Shown in pieces: positions 26,771 through 35,499 of a stretch of 64,000 bases of DNA (the stretch's first letter is position 1; every line of letters begins with the position of its first letter). The position numbers were made by a program, and so were the translations under genes. The notes under the pieces were generated by a model. The model was not told the origin of the DNA. It ran no database searches and saw only the letters and a list, made by a program, of their open reading frames with translations. This DNA is from Candidatus Levyibacteriota bacterium. Its GTDB lineage: Bacteria > Patescibacteriota > Microgenomatia > Levybacterales > GWA1-39-11. Where the stretch lies: assembly GCA_018062815.1 (NCBI GenBank), contig JAGORM010000002.1, forward strand, positions 11,211 through 75,210. The letters run 5' to 3'.

Positions 26771-27448
26771 TTATTGCAGAGTTATATGAAGTCTTGCCTG
26801 ATCAATAGTTGCCGGAGAGTTTAGCTGTGTTTGAATTTGAATCTGATAAAGTTTGTTTCCAGCGGGAAGGCTCAACGGGCCGGATATAAGTAATTGTGGA
26901 GATCCTCCCTGGGTTGTAACTTGAGAATTTGGGATAACATTTCCATCTGTCGCATCATACAGTTGAACAGATGCAATCCCATTGCTTGTGATAGACACTT
27001 CTAAAACTACGCTTGCAACATTTGAGTAGTTGCTAATGTTCATATATGCTTGTAAGGCAGACAGTGTTGAAAAGCTGCCTTGAGACGCGCCTGTCGCAGC
27101 TCCAAAAGGCACAAAATACTCATTTGACCCTGAAGATATTTGCTGAGTGGTTGTATTTGTAACGTTTTGTGTTAGCTTAAGTGATGAGGTTGCAGTTTTT
27201 ATAGCAGCAAGACAGGTATTAGGACACACGTCTGTTGTGCCTAGTTGTTGAAAGGGTGTGGTTTGTGTTCCATTTTGTGCCGTATTGTTTGTGCCCGCTG
27301 TTGTAGTCCCACCTACTGTGATATTTTGAACAATTTGGCGTGGTTTCCCAAAAAAGGTGAAGTAATTAAGTATTAATACATTTAAAAAAAGAATACCTAC
27401 TAATATATAAATTAAATTTTCCCAAGCTGTATAAAAAAAATTTCTCAC
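26771..27448 (-). CDS. Secreted Thr/Asn/Gln-rich protein with N-terminal anchor (possible surface/adhesin-like)
   Basis: N-terminal hydrophobic segment, then low-complexity T/N/Q-rich sequence. Confidence 0.5.
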   Translation of the reverse strand: MRNFFYTAWENLIYILVGILFLNVLILNYFTFFGKPRQIVQNITVGGTTTAGTNNTAQNGTQTTPFQQLGTTDVCPNTCLAAIKTATSSLKLTQNVTNTTTQQISSGSNEYFVPFGAATGASQGSFSTLSALQAYMNISNYSNVASVVLEVSITSNGIASVQLYDATDGNVIPNSQVTTQGGSPQLLISGPLSLPAGNKLYQIQIQTQLNSPATIDQARLHITLQ

Positions 27449-27632
27449 ACACTAATCATAACTGGAATATTCATCTTCTTCAATATCAGAATGTTATATC
27501 TGCATGCATAGATATAATTTTAAAATTTGCTATAATCTTTTTTTATTCTTGCAGGTGAGTACCAGTATTATTTAGAGAATAAGGCGAAGTATTCCAAAAG
27601 TTACATGCGGGGAAAAATATCCTGGGCGTTTT

Positions 27633-28337
27633 TTGGGAACATTAATTATGACAAACCACGAATTATTAAAGAATCATAAAGCATATCCGCTTCCCAGGTT
27701 AGATTTTGGGGTTTTAGATAATTTGTATGGATTTCCAGCTAAAAACTTAATAATTCGTTCTAAAAAAGAATTTACGTATGAACAGTTTCAACGGGCAAAA
27801 GGTTTACTCACTGAATTGAATCAGGACTATGGCATAGCAACACCCCTTCTGAGAATTTCCTCCCCACCAACAGACGGAAGACAAATGGTAGTTGTTCAAA
27901 AAATTCAGGGCATACTTCTTGCTGACACAGTTTTACAGGGGAATAATTTTCTGGCATCTATTAATGGTCTTTGTGGCGGACTTATGAGGTATGCACAGGA
28001 TAAATTTGAAAATGGCGGAGAATATTTATTGGATATGCAGTTAAAGCAGTTTATGTGGGGGAGAAGAAGAACAGACAAGGAGGATAAGCCTTATTTTGTA
28101 GACTTAGATCCCAGAATTGGAGTTTATAATCCTGAACGACCAGGAGACAAAATACACTTTATACAAGCGTTACCTGTAGACATAGCAGAGATGATATTAT
28201 CTTTTGAGTCTAAGTATGGAAAGGGGAGTATTTCCGCAAGAAAAGATTTTCAAATATTTACATCTAAAATACTGCAGGACAAAAATACAAGGAATTTTGT
28301 AGCAAACCATTTGCCCATATATTCAAAATTTACCTAA
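27633..28337 (+). CDS. Hypothetical protein (234 aa)
   Basis: ORF; no confident motif. Confidence 0.5.
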   Translation: MGTLIMTNHELLKNHKAYPLPRLDFGVLDNLYGFPAKNLIIRSKKEFTYEQFQRAKGLLTELNQDYGIATPLLRISSPPTDGRQMVVVQKIQGILLADTVLQGNNFLASINGLCGGLMRYAQDKFENGGEYLLDMQLKQFMWGRRRTDKEDKPYFVDLDPRIGVYNPERPGDKIHFIQALPVDIAEMILSFESKYGKGSISARKDFQIFTSKILQDKNTRNFVANHLPIYSKFT

Positions 28338-28388
28338 CAGTGTTTAATAAAAGGAATTTACTCTCGGATTCTGTTATAATATGTGTAA

Positions 28389-28416
28389 CCCCCAAATGTG
28401 TTGGGGGATTTTTTAA
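28389..28416 (+). terminator. Intrinsic-terminator-like hairpin CCCCCAA-ATGTG-TTGGGGG followed by ATTTTTTAATT, ending 3 nt before the bipA ATG
   Basis: Perfect 7-bp GC-rich stem and T-run read from sequence; a TATAAT at 28375-28380 sits just upstream, so this could also be a 5' leader/attenuator hairpin. Confidence 0.55.
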
Positions 28417-28418
28417 TT

Positions 28419-30248
28419 ATGAATATCAGAAATGTTGCCATTATCGCGCACGTTGACCACGGAAAAACCACATTAGTGGATTGTTTATTGCGTCAAGCAA
28501 AGACTCATTTGGGGAAAGAGTTTGATGATACATCCCATCTTATCATGGATTCAAATGAGCTGGAAAAAGAGCGCGGAATTACCATTTTTTCAAAAAATGC
28601 TTCTGTTGCATGGAAAGATAATGCCGGCGAGGAATATAAAATAAATATTATAGATACTCCAGGGCACGCCGATTTTGGCGGAGAAGTGGAGCGAGTACTT
28701 ACTATGGCTGACGGATGCCTACTTTTAATTGACGCAAAAGAAGGTCCTATGCCTCAAACACGCTTTGTGCTAAAGCAGGCGTTAAAGATGAAGCACAAGA
28801 TAATAGTGGTTATAAATAAAATTGATAAACCAGATGCAAGAATCAATCACGTTATTAATAAGACATTTGACTTATTCATAGAATTAGGTGCAGATGATGC
28901 AACAGCGGAATTCCCAATAGTATATGCATCAGCTAAAAACGGACTTGCTGGGCTTGAGCCAGTTCTTTCAGACATGAAAGATATCACCCCTGTTTTTGAC
29001 GCGATTTTAAAAGAGATCCCTGAACCTAAAGTAGATCCAGATTCACATCTTCAAATGCTTGTTACAACCATTGGGGCAGATTCCCACAAGGGAAGAATTG
29101 CGATTGGGCGCATACTAAACGGAAAGATCACTGCAAATCAGGAAGTTATGCACATTAATCGTGAAGGTGCACAAAAGAAAGTTCGTCTTACATCTTTAAT
29201 GACTTTTGAAGGGTTGGGGAAAATTGATGCCTCCTCAGCTCAGGCAGGTGATATAGTAGCTGTTACGGGTATTTTGGATGTGAACATTGGGGAAACTATA
29301 GCTGATGTTGATAATCCAATTGCGCTTCCTGTTTTAAAGATTGAAGAACCCACTGTCCGTATGACATTTGCAGTAAACGGTTCTCCATTTGCAGGTAAAG
29401 AAGGAGAATTTAAAACATCCCGTCAAATAGAGGAGAGGTTGTATAAAGAGCTTGAGACAGATATGGCGCTTCGGGTAGAGCAAAACCCAACAGGTGGGTG
29501 GATAGTATCGGGTCGTGGAGAGCTTCATTTAGCAATATTTATTGAACGACTTAGGCGTGAAGGATATGAATTTCAGGTTTCACGTCCTCAGGTAATAAAT
29601 AAGACAATTGATGGGAAAAAGATGACTCCCTACGAACAGGTTTTTATAGAAGTACCTGAAGAGACATCTGGGTCAGTTATGCAAAAAATGGGAATAAGAC
29701 ACGGACAAATGGTTGAAATGAATATAGATAACGGAATTGTTATGTATGAATTTATTATGGCTACAAAAGACCTTTTTGGATACAGGTCTGAATTTTTAAC
29801 TGACACTCGGGGATTGGGTATTATCAACACAATATTTTTAGATTACAAAGAGGACAAAGGGGACACAATCCCGCGTGAACGTGGATCATTAGTAGCCTTT
29901 GAATCAGGCCCTACAACTCATTACGGCTTAGTAAATGCACAAGATAGAGGTACTCTATTTATTGCAGCAGCAACCCCAGTTTATAAAGGGCAAGTTATAG
30001 GACAGAACTCAAGACCGGAGGACATGAGAATAAACGTGTGCAAGATTAAACAACAATCAAATATGCGCTCTAAAGGAGAGGGAGTTTCTGCTCATGCTGA
30101 TACTCCTAAGACTATGAGTTTGGAAGATGCATTGGAATATATTGATGACACAGAGCTTGTAGAGGTTACTCCTCAAAACATAAGAATTCGTAAGAAGATT
30201 TTGGACGAAAATGAAGAGCGCAGAATGCGCGCGCAAGGGAAAATATAG
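28419..30248 (+). CDS. typA: Translational GTPase BipA/TypA
   Basis: IAIIAHVDHGKTTLVD, DTPGHADFGGEVER, NKIDK; ~609 aa with the BipA-type C-terminal domain. Start at MNIRNVAII. Confidence 0.9.
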   Translation: MNIRNVAIIAHVDHGKTTLVDCLLRQAKTHLGKEFDDTSHLIMDSNELEKERGITIFSKNASVAWKDNAGEEYKINIIDTPGHADFGGEVERVLTMADGCLLLIDAKEGPMPQTRFVLKQALKMKHKIIVVINKIDKPDARINHVINKTFDLFIELGADDATAEFPIVYASAKNGLAGLEPVLSDMKDITPVFDAILKEIPEPKVDPDSHLQMLVTTIGADSHKGRIAIGRILNGKITANQEVMHINREGAQKKVRLTSLMTFEGLGKIDASSAQAGDIVAVTGILDVNIGETIADVDNPIALPVLKIEEPTVRMTFAVNGSPFAGKEGEFKTSRQIEERLYKELETDMALRVEQNPTGGWIVSGRGELHLAIFIERLRREGYEFQVSRPQVINKTIDGKKMTPYEQVFIEVPEETSGSVMQKMGIRHGQMVEMNIDNGIVMYEFIMATKDLFGYRSEFLTDTRGLGIINTIFLDYKEDKGDTIPRERGSLVAFESGPTTHYGLVNAQDRGTLFIAAATPVYKGQVIGQNSRPEDMRINVCKIKQQSNMRSKGEGVSAHADTPKTMSLEDALEYIDDTELVEVTPQNIRIRKKILDENEERRMRAQGKI

Positions 30249-30251
30249 AAT

Positions 30252-30869
30252 ATGCCACCGTTCCCTGAGTCCTTACATATAAATATTCCACAATTTCAGT
30301 TACGTTCATTTGATAGTATTACTCCAACCCAAAAAAAGGAAATAGAATTAATTTATAAAAAATCATACGGAAGTGTGGGTTTTTGGATAGGAGATTTAAC
30401 CTATGCCGAACTTACCTTGCCTACCACAACTGATGTGGCTACTGTAAGTATAGAAGACAAAATAGCAGCCTGTACAAATCTCAATGGAAAACGTGCGGGT
30501 ATTATTGCTGTAAATCCTGAATTCAGAAATAACGGCCTTGTAGCTACCATTTTTAACGGTTTGTCATCAGTGCGCCCAGGGGCTTGGATTTCTATTTCTA
30601 CAGAGGAATCTGCAAGAGGCATGCTTGCATCTGCAACCGCAAGAGACGTTCCGCTAAAACCTGTATGTAGCCAGGAAGAAATTATAAAATTATTTGAAGA
30701 TACAAAGCAAATTAGGCTACCTAAGGATTATATGTTTAAGGAAATAGAAGATGAATTTTTAACAAAAAGACTTCAGCGAAAAGGTATTAATCAGGAGACT
30801 TTTACTATAGTCTCAAAAACTAACTCTCTTCATAAGCCCTCATATTGGCAATTTGTCTTCCAAACATAG
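30252..30869 (+). CDS. Hypothetical protein, possible GNAT-like acetyltransferase
   Basis: AGIIAVNPEFRNNGLVATIF weakly resembles GNAT motif A; otherwise unassigned. Confidence 0.4.
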   Translation: MPPFPESLHINIPQFQLRSFDSITPTQKKEIELIYKKSYGSVGFWIGDLTYAELTLPTTTDVATVSIEDKIAACTNLNGKRAGIIAVNPEFRNNGLVATIFNGLSSVRPGAWISISTEESARGMLASATARDVPLKPVCSQEEIIKLFEDTKQIRLPKDYMFKEIEDEFLTKRLQRKGINQETFTIVSKTNSLHKPSYWQFVFQT

Positions 30870-30883
30870 TGCTAACTATTCCA

Positions 30884-31650
30884 ACCCCAATGAGGTCGAA
30901 CCTCAATTAGCTTGAAAAAAATTTCACATTGGAATATTCTATATGAATGCCGGCACGAAATATTGTTAAAAGTTATGTGGCTGGTGGATATTATCATATC
31001 TATAATCGTGGGGTTGAAAGAAGGGATATATTCCTTGACAAACAAGACTGTGTAGTTTTTCAAAGATATCTAAAGCTTTATTTGGCAAAGCCTTCTGAGG
31101 TTGCAAATATAGATGTTCCAAGAATTCAAATATTTCTTCAAAATAATTTACATGATGAGCTAGATCTTCTTGCTTTTTCTTTGATGCCTAATCATATACA
31201 TCTCCAAGTCCGGCAGGTTCATGAGGATTCGATTTCTAAACTTATGAAAAGATTAATAACGAGTTATGTAATGTATTTTAATAGAAAATATAAGCGTGTG
31301 GGTCCACTTTTCCAAAATAGATATAAAGCAGCTTTGATAGAAGGTGATTCATACCTACTGCATCTTTCAAGATATATTCATTTAAATCCAACAAAAATTA
31401 ATAATAATAAAATTGATTTCAATGATTTTTGTTCACTTCCATACTATCTGGGAGAAAAAGAGTCTAGTTGGCTCAAATACTCTGAAATATTGAGTTATTT
31501 TAATGGATATAAACGAAAAGATAAAGGAAAAACTTATAAGGATTTTGTAATTTCATATAGTACTCCAGCGGAAAAAATATTAGGAAATATGGTAATTGAA
31601 GATGATGTGACTTAAATTCGTGCCCAATTGAGGTTCGACCTCAGGGTCAA
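30884..31650 (+). mobile_element. REP-RAYT unit: REP-associated tyrosine transposase gene flanked by palindromic REP-like hairpins in mirror orientation
   Basis: Left flank CCCCAA-TGAGGTCGAACCTCA-ATTAG (hairpin 30891-30905). Right flank CCCAAT-TGAGGTTCGACCTCA-GGGTCAATT (hairpin 31629-31643), the exact reverse complement including the loop CGA/TCG. Together they bracket a single HuH-Y1 transposase ORF. Confidence 0.75.
30947..31615 (+). CDS. REP-associated tyrosine transposase (RAYT; IS200/IS605-like Y1 HuH transposase)
   Basis: N-terminal YHIYNRGVERRDIF, HuH motif LMPNHIHLQV, catalytic Tyr motif LSRYIHLNP; 222 aa. Confidence 0.8.
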   Translation: MPARNIVKSYVAGGYYHIYNRGVERRDIFLDKQDCVVFQRYLKLYLAKPSEVANIDVPRIQIFLQNNLHDELDLLAFSLMPNHIHLQVRQVHEDSISKLMKRLITSYVMYFNRKYKRVGPLFQNRYKAALIEGDSYLLHLSRYIHLNPTKINNNKIDFNDFCSLPYYLGEKESSWLKYSEILSYFNGYKRKDKGKTYKDFVISYSTPAEKILGNMVIEDDVT

Positions 31651-31675
31651 TTATAAAAAACAACAGAAAATAATA

Positions 31676-31771
31676 CAAAAATCCCTCATCTTTACGATGA
31701 GGGATAATTGTATTCTGTCATCCTGAAGCTGATTCAGGATCTAAAAGATTCCGAAGCGACTTCGGAATGAC
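31676..31771 (-). terminator. Triple stem-loop array plus U-tract terminating the RRM-protein gene
   Basis: Hairpins ATCCCTCATC-TTTAC-GATGAGGGAT (31681-31705), ATCCTGAA-GCTGA-TTCAGGAT (31720-31740) and ATTCCGAAG-CGA-CTTCGGAAT (31748-31768). On the minus strand the last hairpin is followed by TTTTGTATTATTTTCTGTTGTTTTTT. Confidence 0.55.
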
Positions 31772-31776
31772 AAAAA

Positions 31777-32124
31777 TTAACGGTCGTGACCGTATCCTCC
31801 ACGGTTTCCACCGCGGTCTCCGCCTCCTCTGAAGTCACGGCCACCGCCGTTTCCTCCAAAATCGCGTCTAGGTCTATCCTCTTTTGGACGTGCAACTGAA
31901 ACTACAATATTGCGTCCGCTAAAGTCTGCACCGTTAGCTTTTTCGATGGCAGCCTGTGCTGCAGCATCATCTTCCATTTCAACAAATCCAAAACCTTTAG
32001 ATCTGCCGGAGAATTTATCCATGATTATGTCAGCGGATAAAACGGTTCCGTACTGGGCAAAGTGATCCTGAAGTAATTGATTTGTTGTATTATATGGAAG
32101 GTTTCCAACATATAATTTTGTCAT
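31777..32124 (-). CDS. RRM-type RNA-binding protein with Gly/Arg-rich (RGG) C-terminal tail
   Basis: RNP-2 KLYVGNL, RNP-1 KGFGFVEM; C-terminal RPRRDFGGNGGGRDFRGGGDRGGNRGGYGHDR. Confidence 0.85.
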   Translation of the reverse strand: MTKLYVGNLPYNTTNQLLQDHFAQYGTVLSADIIMDKFSGRSKGFGFVEMEDDAAAQAAIEKANGADFSGRNIVVSVARPKEDRPRRDFGGNGGGRDFRGGGDRGGNRGGYGHDR

Positions 32125-32263
32125 AGTATTTATTCACCACCTTTCTTTATGGAGATTATATCTGTAATAAAAATTCGTGCGTACATGAAAATAAATTGCT
32201 CGTGGAAAGGAAGAATCGCGAAGATAAACTACGGTCGCCTTACACAACTTGCACTTCATATGG

Positions 32264-32292
32264 AGTATACCATATAGAGATAAAAAGGGCAA
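32264..32292 (-). promoter_or_regulatory. Candidate promoter of the RRM-protein gene (minus strand -35 TTGCCC, 17-nt spacer, -10 TATACT), implying a ~130-nt 5' leader
   Basis: Read from the reverse complement; GAAAGGTGG Shine-Dalgarno 8 nt before the ATG. Confidence 0.35.
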
Positions 32293-32309
32293 ATAAGTAG
32301 CTGTAAACA

Positions 32310-34613
32310 TTATTCTTCAACAAAGCTGACCTCTATGGCCGTAAACCCTTTCCTGATGATTTTTTCAAATACAGGAGCCTTGGGTTTTATTGAAGGTTGA
32401 GAACTGTATTTTTTAATATAAAAAACAATATTTTTATAGGTATCAGGGTGAGGAGTAAAAGATATTGGTAGAATCTGTTTAGACAGTTCATCTGAATAGA
32501 AAGAAACAAAAAGATAAGGGCTTTTTATCTTTGCGGTAGAGGATACTAGATCCAATATTTCTTTTTTATTTAATCCTATGGAAAGACCAAAGCTTTTAAG
32601 TGTTTCCTCAAGCATATTGCCAGGAATGAGAACTCCATGTGTAGGTTTTTGGATGGTACGCAGTGCAGGAAGATAGTCAAATTCAAAACCTGATAAGACC
32701 TTGTCATCAACTAAAAAATCGCCGTTAGTAAGTAGCTTTGCGTTTAGTCCTTTTTCCGGAAGAACAGATGCGTTAATCGGATATATGGGTGTGCCAAATC
32801 TAATTGTGACATTTTTCCCTTGTTGCCCGTAAAGATAGAGCGGGCTATCATAGCATGCGTCTCCGGTGCCATTTGCTACCAAATTATTTGAAGAAGACCT
32901 TGTTGAGCTTGTGCTAAGCAGCCCGGCACGCTCCAAACACTCATAGCATATATTTGCTGAATCGTATGCTTCCTGAAGGCAAGTTCCATAGGCTGCAGTC
33001 ATTGGGTCAGGAGGTTTAGTTGAATCTCCAGTGAAATGGTAATTGCACCCCGCAATAGCCTCGTCCATGCAGAAGTTTCCCGTTCCTGTTTGTGGGGCCA
33101 GGGTTGGCTGTGGATTAGGCGGGAGTTCTGATTGTCTATCTTCACGTATAGGACCGAGTTTAGGCTCAATAACTATTGCTTGAAGGGATAGTGCATAGTT
33201 TTTCTCATTAAGCTCGGCAATTCTGTTTTTTGAAACCTGGGAGCCAAGCAAATTTTCTTTGGTAAATCCTAAGATTTGAAAGTAGGAGGGTACACTCAAT
33301 GGGAATATTTTTATGTTATTTGTTTTTTTATCATAAAAATAAAGTTTTTCGGCAAGCAGGGTATAATCTGCTCCCAAATTATTTATATAAGTGTTTGTCG
33401 GTGTTTTCCGTGTGATAAATGTTTGAGTGCTGTCTGTTCCTTCAATTACATACGCCTTATCGTCTAGTGCGACGGGAGCTACCATTTTGCTTACGTCTAT
33501 TTTTTTTGAGGTTTTAGTTGCAAGGTCAAACAAATATCTACCTGTTTTTTCTTGTTGAGTGGAAATTTTTTTATATATTATATTTCCTGAAAGAGAATCC
33601 CATTGTGCGTCAGTAATACTATCTGGTGCCACATTTAAAAGTCTTATTTTTTCTCTTGTTGCAGTGTCAAGGACATCTAATGTGTTTGTTGAGAGAATAA
33701 CTTTTCTGTATGCTCCTACAGCTTCAGCTCCGTTTCCGATTGACCCGTCATAGCCTGCGAACACAAAATATCTTCCGTCTTTAGACATTTCCGGTTGTGT
33801 TCCATATGTTCCGTTTTCCAAAGATTGAATTGGAGTTTTTACTTCTCCATTAATGGATGAGTAGCTCATGCCGTAAGCCATTCCCACTCCGGAGTTAGGG
33901 AGAAATGTATCAGTAAACACCTCACCATTATTTGTAACTCCCACAGGGTAGTGAACGGGAGATGTTGTAGAGGAAGTCTCACTGTATAAAAGATACTGCT
34001 TATTGTTTGTCGTATCCACTGAATAAACCCTGGACTCTCCACCAATTAGTTGCGATGCGTTTGGAAGAGGTTTAACTGCCCATATTGCAAGATATTTTCC
34101 GTTCGGCGATATTCTGTAGTCATCAATCCCAAAACCGTCTGAAATCGTAAAAAGAGTCACTTCCTTTTTCTGTGTAGTATCATTTTTGACAATTTGCGTT
34201 CCATAATCCCAGGAATTTGTATTTGCAATATAAGATATGACTGAAGGTGTTAGTATCCTTATGTGTTTTATGTTTTTAGGTAGTTCTGTGAGTATTTTTT
34301 CTTTTTGTTGCGTCAGATCAATAAGTCCAACTGAGACTCCGCTTGTACTTCTAAAGGCATAGACGATTGAATTTGGTGATTTTTCCTTTGTCTGACTATT
34401 TTTTACCGTTAAAGATTTTTTAATCGCCTCATTCTTTCTAGATTCCGTATTTTTTTCAACCGTAACTGAAACTATATTAATTATACCTAACAATATGACT
34501 ATGAGAATAGCTGCGGAAAATATAATAAATAATTTCTTGTGCCTATTTAGTAGGTTGGATTGATTATTTAATAGTGATGGATCTGGTGCTAATTGTTGTT
34601 GAGATTCATCCAT
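32310..34613 (-). CDS. Large (767 aa) membrane-anchored extracytoplasmic protein with PD40-like beta-propeller repeats and a Cys-rich module
   Basis: N-terminal TM (LFIIFSAAILIVILLGIINIV); PD40-like ISPNGKYLAIWA and MSKDGRYFVFAG; Cys cluster (CMDEAIAGCNYHF...CLQEAYDSANICYECLERAG...ACYDSP). Confidence 0.6.
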   Translation of the reverse strand: MDESQQQLAPDPSLLNNQSNLLNRHKKLFIIFSAAILIVILLGIINIVSVTVEKNTESRKNEAIKKSLTVKNSQTKEKSPNSIVYAFRSTSGVSVGLIDLTQQKEKILTELPKNIKHIRILTPSVISYIANTNSWDYGTQIVKNDTTQKKEVTLFTISDGFGIDDYRISPNGKYLAIWAVKPLPNASQLIGGESRVYSVDTTNNKQYLLYSETSSTTSPVHYPVGVTNNGEVFTDTFLPNSGVGMAYGMSYSSINGEVKTPIQSLENGTYGTQPEMSKDGRYFVFAGYDGSIGNGAEAVGAYRKVILSTNTLDVLDTATREKIRLLNVAPDSITDAQWDSLSGNIIYKKISTQQEKTGRYLFDLATKTSKKIDVSKMVAPVALDDKAYVIEGTDSTQTFITRKTPTNTYINNLGADYTLLAEKLYFYDKKTNNIKIFPLSVPSYFQILGFTKENLLGSQVSKNRIAELNEKNYALSLQAIVIEPKLGPIREDRQSELPPNPQPTLAPQTGTGNFCMDEAIAGCNYHFTGDSTKPPDPMTAAYGTCLQEAYDSANICYECLERAGLLSTSSTRSSSNNLVANGTGDACYDSPLYLYGQQGKNVTIRFGTPIYPINASVLPEKGLNAKLLTNGDFLVDDKVLSGFEFDYLPALRTIQKPTHGVLIPGNMLEETLKSFGLSIGLNKKEILDLVSSTAKIKSPYLFVSFYSDELSKQILPISFTPHPDTYKNIVFYIKKYSSQPSIKPKAPVFEKIIRKGFTAIEVSFVEE

Positions 34614-34661
34614 ATAAAGTTCTTCCTTCAGAGTACCAAAGAAGCATAGGATGCGTCAAGT

Positions 34662-35441
34662 TCACATATCAGTTTTACCGTTCAGAATAAATGTATTAAT
34701 GACGTCACATATTCCATCCTCAGTTACTGAAGGAGCTATGTAGTCTGCAATTGTTTTTAATTCTGGAATAGCGTTTCCCATGGCAACTTTCAGTCCTGAT
34801 GCCATTAGAAGCGGGAAGTCATTATACCCGTCGCCTACACCTATTACTTCTTCACGCTTTATGTTTAGCTTTTCACACACTGAAACTATTCCATGAAGTT
34901 TTGTTGCTCTAGCATGTGTGATATTGAAGCCAAAATGATTAGGTTTTTTATGCTTTGATTTGTGAAGCGTAAGGTCAGTCATGTGAGAGAAAAGAGAGAA
35001 AAGTTTTGTTATTTTTTCGTCCGTATAATCTTCTAATGCATAAATCATATAGGCTTTCTGAAAGGTGTCGGAGTTGTTAAATGGACCACTATCAGATGCG
35101 CCTTCGTACATATCACTCTTAAGATAAAAAGGCACATTCTCTTGTCTTAAGATTTGGACTATTTCTTTTGCAGACGCATAGGTAATTGGTTCTTCATAAA
35201 TGGCCTTTTTTGTTTTTATATCTATAACAACTGCCCCACCATTTGTTACAGCATAAGAAGTGCCAGGTAGAGCATTTAAAATTGGTTCAATTGCATTGTA
35301 TGCTCGTCCAGTGACAAGACACACTGCCAGTTTTTTTTGAGCCTCTAAGAGAGAGGAGATAACATTTTTTGAGGGAAACGATTCGTATTGATAGGGGATA
35401 AGTGTTCCGTCCACATCAACCATGAGAGCCTTATACTTCAT
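34662..35441 (-). CDS. HAD-superfamily hydrolase, Cof-type (subfamily IIB) sugar phosphatase
   Basis: Motif I MVDVDGTLI, motif IV GVGDGYNDFPLL; 259 aa. Confidence 0.8.
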   Translation of the reverse strand: MKYKALMVDVDGTLIPYQYESFPSKNVISSLLEAQKKLAVCLVTGRAYNAIEPILNALPGTSYAVTNGGAVVIDIKTKKAIYEEPITYASAKEIVQILRQENVPFYLKSDMYEGASDSGPFNNSDTFQKAYMIYALEDYTDEKITKLFSLFSHMTDLTLHKSKHKKPNHFGFNITHARATKLHGIVSVCEKLNIKREEVIGVGDGYNDFPLLMASGLKVAMGNAIPELKTIADYIAPSVTEDGICDVINTFILNGKTDM

Positions 35442-35499
35442 AAAAAATTATAGCACAAAACATTGACATATTGCGCATATTTTTGTAGTCTTATTATGT

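Noticed and set aside
26542-26808. Track ORF (88 aa, plus) overlapping two minus-strand genes
   Set aside because: Phe/Cys/Leu-rich translation typical of AT-rich antisense frames.
28375-28380. TATAAT box as a definite bipA promoter
   Set aside because: No convincing -35 at the proper spacing; kept only as a hypothesis in the finding on the bipA leader hairpin.
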